64,000 bases of DNA from an uncultured Nitrososphaerota archaeon. GTDB lineage: Archaea; Asgardarchaeota; Njordarchaeia; Njordarchaeales; Njordarchaeaceae. Position numbers and translations under genes: made by a program. The stretch is taken from the NCBI GenBank assembly GCA_964518475.1, contig CAZFGR010000003.1:40503-104502 (forward strand). Reading direction: 5' to 3'. The notes under the pieces were generated by a model, which searched no databases, was not told where the DNA came from, and saw only the letters and a list, made by a program, of their open reading frames with translations. This document shows positions 28,147 through 37,501 of the stretch, in pieces (within the stretch, counting starts at the first letter, position 1; every line of letters starts with the position of its first letter).

Positions 28147-28992
28147 ATGTCAGAGAGAAAAGAACATATTTTTAAAGAAGGGGATCTGGTTCTTCTCCTT
28201 CCTCTTACAAGAACTAAGAAAGAGGAAAGAATAGTAATAAAACTCAAAAGTGGAGACATATTGCATACTAGGTTTGGTGTCATAAAACACGATGATATCA
28301 TAAATACACGGGTAGGTGGGATAGTTAAATCGCACTTAGGAATGAGCTTTATTGTTTTTCCCGCGACGTTACCAGATATTGTCTGGAATTACAATGATTT
28401 TGATTATGTAACACAAATAATTTATCCCAGAGATTGGGGGATAATCATTACATTTGCAGATATTAAATCGGTAGATAAAGTTGTTGAGATAGGCACAGGA
28501 TCTGGTGCCTTGACGGCATTCTTGGCTTTTAGGCTATGTAAAGAAAAAGCTAGATTGATATCTTATGAGAGAGATCCAGAGAGAGCCAAAAGAGCTAAGA
28601 AAAATTTGGAAAGGCTGAATGTACCGAAGATTTATGAGATAAAAGTTCGAGATGTTGCTAAAGAGGGTATTGATGAAAAAGATGTTGATGTAGTATTTAT
28701 CGATATTCCAGAACCCTGGACTGTTCTTAAAACAGTTTGGTACGCATTAAAGCCGGGAGGACGAGTAATTATATATGTTCCAACATATAATCAAGTAGAA
28801 AAAACGTTAAGAGCATTAATTCGTAATGGATACATTGATATTAGAATTAAGGAGAACATTGTTAGAGACATACAACCAAAACCATACGCTATCCGCCCTG
28901 AATTGAAAGGATATTACTTCTCAGCTTTTATAATCTTTGCTAGAAAAAGCTTAGTAGTTCCCCTTTGGGCGATTCAGGATCTTATGAAATAA
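28147..28992 (+). CDS. trmI: tRNA (adenine-57/58-N1)-methyltransferase
   Basis: TQIIYPRD, EIGTGSGALT, FIDIPEPW, YVPTYNQV. Confidence 0.93.
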   Translation: MSERKEHIFKEGDLVLLLPLTRTKKEERIVIKLKSGDILHTRFGVIKHDDIINTRVGGIVKSHLGMSFIVFPATLPDIVWNYNDFDYVTQIIYPRDWGIIITFADIKSVDKVVEIGTGSGALTAFLAFRLCKEKARLISYERDPERAKRAKKNLERLNVPKIYEIKVRDVAKEGIDEKDVDVVFIDIPEPWTVLKTVWYALKPGGRVIIYVPTYNQVEKTLRALIRNGYIDIRIKENIVRDIQPKPYAIRPELKGYYFSAFIIFARKSLVVPLWAIQDLMK

Positions 28993-29005
28993 TAGCACAA
29001 AGAGA

Positions 29006-29422
29006 GTGATTAAAGTGGTACAAGAAACTGCTGTCTCTGTTTTGATTGATTTTGATTTAGTGCACGATGTCTTAACAGCGAGAATGGTTCTTGAAAAAGC
29101 TAGTAAGTTTGGTAAAATCATTAAAGCAAGAGTTTATGTAGAGCAATCAGAGATAAATGCGCATCGAGAAGGACTTTTTGAGATGTCTAAGTTGGGAATA
29201 GAACCAGTTGTCACTATGTTGGCTAAAGATGTGAGATTTGCTATTGATCTTCTCGATGATGCATATAACGATAAAATAACTCACATAATAGTAGTCCATA
29301 ACAAGGAATCAATATTACCTGCGCTTATGTACGCTAAAACGCTTAAAAAAATAATCGTGATCTCGCCAGAACGGGTACCGAAGAGTTATGAAGCTGTAGT
29401 TGAAGAGATCATTACCATTTAA
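29006..29422 (+). CDS. NYN/PIN-fold (DUF88-like) protein, degenerate
   Basis: VLID, FGKIIKARVY, GIEPV, DVRFAID, LPALMYAK; the DxD motif is absent. Confidence 0.6.
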   Translation: MIKVVQETAVSVLIDFDLVHDVLTARMVLEKASKFGKIIKARVYVEQSEINAHREGLFEMSKLGIEPVVTMLAKDVRFAIDLLDDAYNDKITHIIVVHNKESILPALMYAKTLKKIIVISPERVPKSYEAVVEEIITI

Positions 29423-29488
29423 TTTTTAAGACTTAGTTGTAGAAATTGAGTAAGTGAGAAGAGGAGTCTTAGTAATAAGATTAAGGAG

Positions 29489-30112
29489 TTGAGAAAATTG
29501 AGTCTTAGTTTAGGAAGCTGGGAATCAATGGTTGCTGGAGTAAAGTGTGTTGATGGCATCGTTTTGGCTGGAACAAAAAATGTTAGCTACGGTTACCTGG
29601 TTGTTTCACAAGCTGGCAGGTCAGTATATGTTATAGATCGAATCGGCCTTGCGTTTGCAGGGCATGTAGCTGATTTACAAAGTTTAGTAAAAGAGATGGA
29701 GTTTGAATTACGCTACGCAAAGCTTCGATTGGAGAGAGAGCTTACTACAGAAGCGGTCGCACATAGGCTCGGTTTAATACTTTATAGTTGGAAGTTGTTT
29801 CCTCACATAACTTTCGCTCTCGTGGGTGGTATCGATAGAATGCCTCAGGAAAAGCCGAGGTTATTCTCCTTAGATCCTGTTGGATCAGTTATTGAAGAAA
29901 ATTATGCAGCATCAGGAACTTCTGCTGAAGTCGCGATAGGTATTCTAGAAGATCGTTACGATCCTAAAATGCCTATAAGTGAGGGGAAGAAAATTCTAAT
30001 GGAAGCAATGAAAGCTGTTGCTAGAAGAGATGTCTTGGCTGGTAGATACATAGATTTGGCCGTAATTACCAAGGATAAATCAAGCATAGAGACTATTAAA
30101 CTGGACGTTTAG
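29489..30112 (+). CDS. psmB: Proteasome beta subunit, likely non-catalytic
   Basis: GVKCVDGIVLA, AGHVADLQ, LVGGID, LDPVGS, AIGILE, RD..AG; the Thr1 site is absent. Confidence 0.9.
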   Translation: MRKLSLSLGSWESMVAGVKCVDGIVLAGTKNVSYGYLVVSQAGRSVYVIDRIGLAFAGHVADLQSLVKEMEFELRYAKLRLERELTTEAVAHRLGLILYSWKLFPHITFALVGGIDRMPQEKPRLFSLDPVGSVIEENYAASGTSAEVAIGILEDRYDPKMPISEGKKILMEAMKAVARRDVLAGRYIDLAVITKDKSSIETIKLDV

Positions 30113-30115
30113 TTC

Positions 30116-31015
30116 TCATTCTAGAAAACCGAGATGTTTGGCAAGTTCCTCAATTTTCCTGAAATTTACACACTTTTTCGAAGCGTTTTCGAGAAATTCA
30201 GAAAGCATAGTTCTATCGATATAACGTTGCTTCTCCCTATTTTTATATAAGAAATCTAGTAAATCCTCTAATATTCTACAGAAATTCTCTCGAAAATTTT
30301 CTAGCTGACGATAAATTTCCAATGCATTGAGAACGTGGGTAAGAGCATTTCGATAGTCCTCCAGAGCAATCTCTATATTAGCTAATTGCACGAGAGTCTC
30401 AGCTATTATTGGGAGAGCATCTGGAGACGGCTCTCCTTCCAGAATCTCATTGCTTAAAGAGATCGCGTCTAAGAGTATTTTTCGAAGAGTTTTTTTATCG
30501 CTTTTTTGAGATTTTATTGGTAAATATATCGTGAGTAAGAAACTCAGATAGTAGTCTACCAATTTATATTGTTTCGCCAACTTCTTGTACATCTCTAATG
30601 TCTTCTCAAGTAATATGTTATCGAAAACACCCATTCTGCTATAAATTCGTAACAAGAATGCTTGAGTTACGGCTTGTAAATACTCTATTTGCAACTCAGA
30701 TCGTTTAGAGGCTTCTTCCTGGATTTGTGCCAATAAGTTCTCCAAAAGATCTTTTGCCTTCTTATCATCACCGATCATTACGTAGAAGTCGCTTAGTTTA
30801 TGTATAACTTCAGCATACTTAGTGATATCTCTTAAAGTAATTGATAATTGTTCAGCTCTCTTCAGCAACTCTCTTACTTTTCCGAAATTCTTTGCCTTCA
30901 GAGCTTCGGTAGCAGCGGAAAAAATTAGGTAAATAGTGTTAATTATTGTAGTGTCACTCATTCGCATTGATATCATCGATGAAAAGTTATTCAGATCACT
31001 CTTCCTCAAGTACAA
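30116..31015 (-). CDS. TPR-like alpha-solenoid hypothetical protein
   Basis: Repeated helical patterns such as AETLVQLANIE..DYRNAL..ALEIYRQL; start codon uncertain. Confidence 0.65.
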   Translation of the reverse strand: MYLRKSDLNNFSSMISMRMSDTTIINTIYLIFSAATEALKAKNFGKVRELLKRAEQLSITLRDITKYAEVIHKLSDFYVMIGDDKKAKDLLENLLAQIQEEASKRSELQIEYLQAVTQAFLLRIYSRMGVFDNILLEKTLEMYKKLAKQYKLVDYYLSFLLTIYLPIKSQKSDKKTLRKILLDAISLSNEILEGEPSPDALPIIAETLVQLANIEIALEDYRNALTHVLNALEIYRQLENFRENFCRILEDLLDFLYKNREKQRYIDRTMLSEFLENASKKCVNFRKIEELAKHLGFLE

Positions 31016-31577
31016 ATTTTTTGCGCGCGATAATCTCTATGTAAGATTTCCTTACAGCATATATTTCTACGAAGATGTCACTAGATGCTATCTCTACAAT
31101 TGCCCAAGTTGGGGTGCCGAATCCTCCCCCTCCTCCATAAACCCCAGTACCGCTCCCAGGGTTTATGATTAGCGTGTCAAGCACTTTTCGTACATCTGGA
31201 TAGTGTGTGTGACCAGTAAAGATTATATTAGCACCATGTTTTTTTGCTAGTCCACGTAGTAGCATTGGTTCTCCACGTGGATATATTCCAGTACCATGGA
31301 ATATTATAGCTTTCAATTTCGATCCGGGAATATCGATATAAGCTATCTCTGGAAACCGAGCTGCTTCGCCAATATCCATATTTCCACGCACAGCAACTAT
31401 GGGAAACTTCTTAAAAGGCTCTAGTACATAGCTTTGGACAAGATCCCCAGTGATTGCTACTAGGTCAAATATATCTTCTTCTAATGTCTCTAATAGTTGT
31501 TTAGGTATCGCCTGAGCACGAAATGGTATGTGGAAATCCCCAGTTACGAGAATTCTGTATCTTTTTGGCATCTTCAA
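30996..31577 (-). CDS. Metallophosphoesterase, Vps29/MJ0936/YfcE family
   Basis: GDFHIPFRA, TGDL, VRGNMD, FHG, GHTH, INPGSGTG. Confidence 0.92.
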   Translation of the reverse strand: MKMPKRYRILVTGDFHIPFRAQAIPKQLLETLEEDIFDLVAITGDLVQSYVLEPFKKFPIVAVRGNMDIGEAARFPEIAYIDIPGSKLKAIIFHGTGIYPRGEPMLLRGLAKKHGANIIFTGHTHYPDVRKVLDTLIINPGSGTGVYGGGGGFGTPTWAIVEIASSDIFVEIYAVRKSYIEIIARKKFVLEEE

Positions 31578-31667
31578 TTCCCCATACTAGAGTCTCCTTA
31601 AAGAAAGAATATTTACCAAGTTTAAAGGCCTAATTTAAATTCTCAGCATTAAGGATTGTGTCAAAAA

Positions 31668-33491
31668 CTAATCTTCACGAGATTTCAGAGCCTTTAAAAT
31701 ACTCTTCAAGAATTCTTCTAGTTTATCCAACTCTTCGCCTGAACGTTTAATTTCTAGAGATATAGAACCATCTTCCTTCTGACTTAAGTGGAAAGGTAGT
31801 AATAATGGCCGATAAATTTTTCCACCTGGTACTTTTTTAGGAGGTTTTAACCATCTCCAGCTTCCATACTTAAGGATATTATTTATCATGTTTTCAGGAA
31901 TTCCTTGTTCTTGTGCAATTCTAATCAGCTCACTATGCAGCATTTCGCTTAAGTCTGGATGAATTTCTTTCAGAACAAAAAAATCGGCTAAGTTACTACA
32001 TGGGCAAGGCCAGCAACCAATCCTTGATAACCCTTTTCCATATAGAGGGTTAGCCGGAAGTCGCCGCCATAGAATGTATAACCAAGTATCTAGGGCATTC
32101 CAGTAATAGATAGGGTAAGCATTTAACTGACCTGTCCAGGGGTTTTCGCTAACACGACCCTCAGATGCTCGTTGAAGAGACTCATATTTGCGAATCCCAA
32201 CAAAACACACGGTCTTAGCAATACCAAGCTTTTCTAATAACTGTCTAGTAGGGGCCAGCTTGTTAGACTTACAACACCATCTCCAATCCATACCAGGCGG
32301 GCCTATCGTTCTGAAGCCGATCCAAAATCTCTGAGAAGGAACATTTGCTATTGCTATTGATTTCCCAAGTATGAGCTCTACATCATCAATTATAATTACT
32401 CTTCCATTTCTAAAACTCTTATTAGTCTCCTCTTCGAACGTTCTAAGAACTTTTTTCGTGTACTCAATCGTTTCTGGATACTCAATACCAGTATTTATGA
32501 AAAACACGATGAAGTTTTGTTGGAGCGTTTTTCGAACGAGTTCAAATGTGACTATACTATCTTTTCCACCACTAAATGAAACGGTAATTGGTAAGGATCT
32601 TCTTGACATATGAGTGATAAATGCCCTCGCTTCCTCTTCTCTTTTTTGTAAAGCAGTTAAATTAGCGTATGTTATAAGCATCCATCTTCGTCTGATATTT
32701 TGAGGAAATAACTTGTATGGATCGTATTCCTCAATAAATAACGGGGATGTATCAGTATCCCATGCGATTTCTCTATCCAAAGGCTTGTGTAAGATATTGT
32801 CTAAGATGTCTTTACCCATCGTTTTGGCATTATCAAAGGTTAAAAACAATTTCTTTGCTTTATTCTTTATCACTAATCCTTTGGAAAGGAAGTCTAAACG
32901 CTCAGAAGATACTCTCGCAACGCCTATACCTACTAATGTAATATCTTCATCGAATACAAATACTAAGTCGCCAGAATGGAAGGTACTAAAGTGCATAATC
33001 CCTGGTGCCAGAACGTTATATCCTTCCGAGATCTTCTTTCCAGCTTCTTTAGAGACTATCACGAAGTGTTTAAAAAAAGATAAGTTTTTTTCTAAGTCCC
33101 CCGAAAGGTATGATGCTAATGCGAAGAAAAAAATAGCTCCTTGTTTATTTAGTACTATTTCATATTCTGATTTTTCTGGGTTGTATCTTAAATCTCCGAT
33201 AACTTTTCCTTGAACGATTATTTCATCCATTTTATCAATGTAAGATGCAGGGTTAAGCAAGATATGTTCTTTAAGAAAAACATTAACTATACGAGGCGAG
33301 AAAAGATTACTAAGAGTTCTTTTAAGTAGTTCATAATCACCAAGAAAAGCAGGTCTGGGGTCGCCTGGTGGTGCGATTTTCACGGTTTCTCCTTTGCCTC
33401 CGCATAAGTCACATTTGTCACTAATAAGGGGTACATTACAGTTATGGCACCAGAATAGTCTAATTTTTCCAAGGAATGGTGCTCTATGCAC
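31668..33491 (-). CDS. Zn-ribbon + PUA + PAPS-reductase-like (PP-loop) protein lacking a C-terminal ferredoxin
   Basis: WCHNCNVP..CDLCG, PPGDPRPA, PUA motif VLAPGI, SFSGGKDS, RWCCKSNK, RIGCWPCP. Confidence 0.9.
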   Translation of the reverse strand: MHRAPFLGKIRLFWCHNCNVPLISDKCDLCGGKGETVKIAPPGDPRPAFLGDYELLKRTLSNLFSPRIVNVFLKEHILLNPASYIDKMDEIIVQGKVIGDLRYNPEKSEYEIVLNKQGAIFFFALASYLSGDLEKNLSFFKHFVIVSKEAGKKISEGYNVLAPGIMHFSTFHSGDLVFVFDEDITLVGIGVARVSSERLDFLSKGLVIKNKAKKLFLTFDNAKTMGKDILDNILHKPLDREIAWDTDTSPLFIEEYDPYKLFPQNIRRRWMLITYANLTALQKREEEARAFITHMSRRSLPITVSFSGGKDSIVTFELVRKTLQQNFIVFFINTGIEYPETIEYTKKVLRTFEEETNKSFRNGRVIIIDDVELILGKSIAIANVPSQRFWIGFRTIGPPGMDWRWCCKSNKLAPTRQLLEKLGIAKTVCFVGIRKYESLQRASEGRVSENPWTGQLNAYPIYYWNALDTWLYILWRRLPANPLYGKGLSRIGCWPCPCSNLADFFVLKEIHPDLSEMLHSELIRIAQEQGIPENMINNILKYGSWRWLKPPKKVPGGKIYRPLLLPFHLSQKEDGSISLEIKRSGEELDKLEEFLKSILKALKSRED

Positions 33492-33614
33492 TTTTTACAC
33501 CACAGAGTATACTCTTGTCTCAATACTCTCTTTCTCAAGAATTCAAGCGTTAGTTCTCTTTCGTTAATTTTCTGGTGTTTGTAGATAATTTTTATATGTT
33601 GATAATGATATAGT

Positions 33615-34154
33615 TTGAGGGATGTGCAAAAATTTTGTGTTTCTTATTGCAATAGTCTTCTGAGGGAATGTGTTTTGAAAAATGAATATGATTCAATGGT
33701 TATGTCTTCTTATATAAGGATTAGTGTACTTATAGCTCTATTTTTAGCAATGTGGTTATGGATAGTAATTGTTCTTGTAATGCCAAGATATCATGGCTAT
33801 TCGTACTTGTTACTAATATTAGCTTTTCCGCTTGGTTTTCTGAGCGGATACATAGCAGGTCACACATCGTCCTTTAAGAAGTTCTTGTCCGGATTTGCGG
33901 GGAGCTTCATAGGTACTATCTTAGCAATGCTTTTCCTATTTACTCTGACTAATGTGACGTATATCGCCCCAATAGATGGTCTCCTCTTTAGTTTTACAAG
34001 CGGAGATATATTCGTAGCTACTACTTTCGGAATTCTTTTTGGTCCTCTTACGGGACTTTTTACAGGAATTGGGAGTACCATCATTAAGCCAAAAAGATAC
34101 AAAACAAAGGAGGAAGAAAGAGGGCTTGGAAAAGAGGTAGAACAAGAAAAATAA
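33615..34154 (+). CDS. Hypothetical membrane protein (about 4 TM segments)
   Basis: Gly-rich hydrophobic segments and a charged C-terminal tail; start uncertain. Confidence 0.7.
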   Translation: MRDVQKFCVSYCNSLLRECVLKNEYDSMVMSSYIRISVLIALFLAMWLWIVIVLVMPRYHGYSYLLLILAFPLGFLSGYIAGHTSSFKKFLSGFAGSFIGTILAMLFLFTLTNVTYIAPIDGLLFSFTSGDIFVATTFGILFGPLTGLFTGIGSTIIKPKRYKTKEEERGLGKEVEQEK

Positions 34155-34180
34155 ATATGAGGTCCTTTAATGAGCAATAT

Positions 34181-34612
34181 TCATTCCTCAACAACGAAGT
34201 AATTCCACCACCCTCTTTGTTTGATTTCTTCTAATAATTTATCTAACTCTTCCGTATTCTTTAGTCGTTCATTCCAACTCTCGCTACCTATAACCTCTGG
34301 ATGGAGACGAACTCGTATATTCCATTTTGGGAACTTCTCCATTAGTCTAGCTCTTATTACTGCAGAGATATGCATTATTAGAGGGCAAAAAGGTGTTGAA
34401 GGCACCCAATTAACTTCGATAATTTTATTTTCAACATCTACTTTAATAAACTCTGGTTTTAGCAATCCCGCTTCTTTAAGCGTGATTCCTAGTTCGGGGT
34501 CTCTCACATTACCAGCGATTGATACAACCGATTCCTGAATCAGTTTTGCTTTTTTCTTTTTCTCAAGTTCTTTCTCTTCATCAGACATTTCAAACATCTC
34601 CACATATAACAA
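34181..34612 (-). CDS. DUF59/SufT/MIP18-family Fe-S cluster assembly protein
   Basis: VRDPELG, PSTPFCP. Confidence 0.85.
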   Translation of the reverse strand: MLYVEMFEMSDEEKELEKKKKAKLIQESVVSIAGNVRDPELGITLKEAGLLKPEFIKVDVENKIIEVNWVPSTPFCPLIMHISAVIRARLMEKFPKWNIRVRLHPEVIGSESWNERLKNTEELDKLLEEIKQRGWWNYFVVEE

Positions 34613-34767
34613 AGTTATAGTATTAATGTGTGCAACAAAGTATATTAAGTTAGCTCTAGCTTGGAAAAATTTACCCCTTCTTGTCTAGAAAAGCGAGATA
34701 ATCTTAGTTTTTCTTAACAGCTTCACTGCAGAAATCAGCGGTAACTTTTTAAAAAAGAAAGTAAGGC

Positions 34768-35406
34768 TTGTTGGAAAGAAGGAGCATAAACCTTTCCGAT
34801 AGAGTGGTTGATGTGTTTGGTATTCTCACTAAAAAAGATCTGTTAGAAAAATTAGAGCGAGGAGAGCTGGTAATTGATCCTTTTTTTGAAGAAAACCTAG
34901 GAGAGATAACATATGACATCACATTGAGTTCGGAGTTTGTATTCATAGAGCCTTATCATACTCCTATTTTGGATCCAGAAAATCTAAATGTCAGAGCGAA
35001 TAGGATTCACGCTACTAGTATCTACTTGCAACCACATGTGTTCGTTTTGGGACGGAGTATAGAATGGATAGAGCTACCAAATAATATAATAGCAATGATT
35101 TCTGGGAAGTCAAGTCTTGCCAGATTAGGTATTGAAGTTGAAGCAGCGTATCTTCTTCATCCAGGACATAAAGGATACGTTATATTGGAGATAAGTAACA
35201 GGAATACTATTCCAGTAAAACTGAAAAAAGGTTTACTGGTAGCACAATTGCTCTTTTTCAAGGTTAGTCCAGTTAAGTCTTATAGCGAAACGGGAAGTTT
35301 TGGTATTCAGCAGAGGATAGAATTACCGAGAATGCTAAAATTTGTTAAAAGAGAAGAATATTTAGCAGGGGAGGAGAAGGAAAAGACCAACACTAGATTT
35401 TCTTGA
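34768..35406 (+). CDS. dcd: dCTP deaminase
   Basis: YDITL, GKSSLARLGI, PGHKGYVILEISN, AQLLF. Confidence 0.88.
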   Translation: MLERRSINLSDRVVDVFGILTKKDLLEKLERGELVIDPFFEENLGEITYDITLSSEFVFIEPYHTPILDPENLNVRANRIHATSIYLQPHVFVLGRSIEWIELPNNIIAMISGKSSLARLGIEVEAAYLLHPGHKGYVILEISNRNTIPVKLKKGLLVAQLLFFKVSPVKSYSETGSFGIQQRIELPRMLKFVKREEYLAGEEKEKTNTRFS

Positions 35407-36364
35407 GATACTTTTTTGCATAATAGGTAAGAAAAGCTCCAAGTGTGTATAGAAATGATGACACGTCCTTATCAACCACTACTGGTTTTTCTTCAGGTAC
35501 CTTCTGAGCTAATATGCTAAGAACGTTCTCTAGTGCGTGCTGAGTTATGACTCCGATCGCAACTATTTTTTCAAGTTTGGTAGAAACTTTTTCTATGACT
35601 TCTAAAATTTTAGAGATTGTCTCCTTGCTATTGTTGCTTATGAAAAAAGCCAGAAGTCTTATTTTTGGCAAGAGTTGACTATAGGTATCGAATTGCGCTA
35701 ATATTTGATCAAGTTCGAAACCATATATGGTGAACTCTATTTCAAAACAAACTTTATCAAATACCCCATTAGTTCTTGCTCCGTATACAGTTATGTTCTC
35801 ATATTGGCTTATTCTAGATATTTCGCTCGAACAATAATTGTCGAACATTTCTGGATTTTCTATAAAAAAAGATGCTGCTGTTTTCATTTTCATGGATTTT
35901 TGACAGGAAATTCTTTGAGGAGATATTGTCGACAATTTTTTTACTTCTTCTATGAGAAATAGTAATCTTGGATCTCGATTGTACTCACTAATCTCTCTTA
36001 AAGCATTAAGCATTAATTCTCCGAAATCTCTGCTCAAAGACAGCCTTAGCATTTCCTCATACACCGTTCTATCGTGTAATGCACGGACGAAAAGATCTAT
36101 TGCTCTGCTTAAGAACTCTTTATTTTGCAACCGTTTTGTTGCAATAATATATGCTTCAGTGAAATCTTTTATAGTAGGTAATCGGAGCCTATTTTTTGCT
36201 ATTGCAGCAGTATTTGATGTCCCATCAACAGTACACCATGCTAAAAAACAGGCTAAAACCTTTTGAATGTTGCCCGGCAATGAGAGAGTTAAGTGTTCGA
36301 AAATTTTCTCATGGTATGCTTGAATCACAAGGATACACCCATACTTAGGCGAAATCTCACGCAT
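35393..36364 (-). CDS. Hypothetical protein
   Basis: 323-aa ORF filling the gap; no recognised motif. Confidence 0.65.
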   Translation of the reverse strand: MREISPKYGCILVIQAYHEKIFEHLTLSLPGNIQKVLACFLAWCTVDGTSNTAAIAKNRLRLPTIKDFTEAYIIATKRLQNKEFLSRAIDLFVRALHDRTVYEEMLRLSLSRDFGELMLNALREISEYNRDPRLLFLIEEVKKLSTISPQRISCQKSMKMKTAASFFIENPEMFDNYCSSEISRISQYENITVYGARTNGVFDKVCFEIEFTIYGFELDQILAQFDTYSQLLPKIRLLAFFISNNSKETISKILEVIEKVSTKLEKIVAIGVITQHALENVLSILAQKVPEEKPVVVDKDVSSFLYTLGAFLTYYAKKYLKKI

Positions 36365-36390
36365 GTAATTGTAATAAGTGGTAAATAATA

Positions 36391-36445
36391 GCTCAGCACA
36401 GGGGAGCTACATCACCGATTCAGCTCCTGGCTTTTCTCATCACGT
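36391..36445 (-). ncRNA. C/D-box methylation guide sRNA
   Basis: Reverse complement: GTGATGA-GAAAAGCCAGGAG-CTGA-ATCG-GTGATGT-AGCTCCCCTGTG-CTGA; intergenic. Confidence 0.85.
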
Positions 36446-36499
36446 TGTGATATGATTAGAATAAAGAAAACTTTTTTCAACATTTTATATGTTTTTATA

Positions 36500-37381
36500 T
36501 TACTCCCAACCTCTCTCAATATATTCAGCTAGTGTTGGACCAACTTCAACGATTCCTTCTTCTCTTATTCGCATCACGTGAGTATTCTGATCGTGGCCAG
36601 CCAATCTGCAACCATCTATTCTAATGGTTCTTAAAACTCCTCCTAAAGGAATCCGATATGTTTGGCTTTCCCATTTTTGTGTAATTATTTTTTTGCTAAG
36701 GACAATTGTGCCATCCACGATGTGTGCTATAGCTAATCCTCCAGCTGCTTCAGCGCTAGCTTCTTCGTGGGAAGATCTCTTCTGCGAAACAAATAGAGCA
36801 GTTACCCGAAGAGTTTTCATCGTATTAAACAATACTCGAACAATTTTACGGGCCAGTACTTCCATGTGTTCGTAGAGACCAGTTATAGAATCTATAACAA
36901 CAGACTTTGCGGGTCTGGGTTTGAACATTCTTGTGGTTTCAGCTATTAGTTTAGTGAGATCCTTAACATTCTCTCGTAAGGCATCGTTCATTGTTAAATC
37001 GATTAACGCTATTTTATCCTCTATCTCAGACCAGTCTATACGTAGAGCTTTTGCTCTTATCTCAAGTCCCCGAGCTACATATTCTGCTGGACTTTCGACT
37101 GTTACGAAAACTACTGGCCACCCCTCATGAGCTTGAACAACAGCGAATTGCTCGACTAATAGGCTTTTTCCAGTATCGGGGACGCCAGTTATGTTAAAGA
37201 CACCACCAAATGGATATCCTCCGAGGGTCCTCTTAACTATTTTTCCAGTTTCTTTATCAATTTCTACGATCCAAAATAGATCATCTAACCCAGGCACTCC
37301 AGTTTTAACACCAAATAATTTAGGGGCTTCTCGTAAAGCGTCACGGGCCAAATAAACGGTACTTTTACTCATGTGTCTCAC
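36500..37381 (-). CDS. Single-domain KaiC-like ATPase (AF_0795-like)
   Basis: GVKTGVPGLD, Walker A GVPDTGKS, FVTVESPA, Walker B VVIDSITGLYE, HIVDGTI, RIDGCR. Confidence 0.92.
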   Translation of the reverse strand: MRHMSKSTVYLARDALREAPKLFGVKTGVPGLDDLFWIVEIDKETGKIVKRTLGGYPFGGVFNITGVPDTGKSLLVEQFAVVQAHEGWPVVFVTVESPAEYVARGLEIRAKALRIDWSEIEDKIALIDLTMNDALRENVKDLTKLIAETTRMFKPRPAKSVVIDSITGLYEHMEVLARKIVRVLFNTMKTLRVTALFVSQKRSSHEEASAEAAGGLAIAHIVDGTIVLSKKIITQKWESQTYRIPLGGVLRTIRIDGCRLAGHDQNTHVMRIREEGIVEVGPTLAEYIERGWE

Positions 37382-37501
37382 CCATTAAGATTCATCTAAT
37401 AATGACTAGTAGTAATAATGCAATAATATCGTAGCTTATAAATGTGTGGAGATGAAGTATGTGGTGAGTATTCCTTAGAACCTTAGTTTAAAGGTGCCTA
37501 C

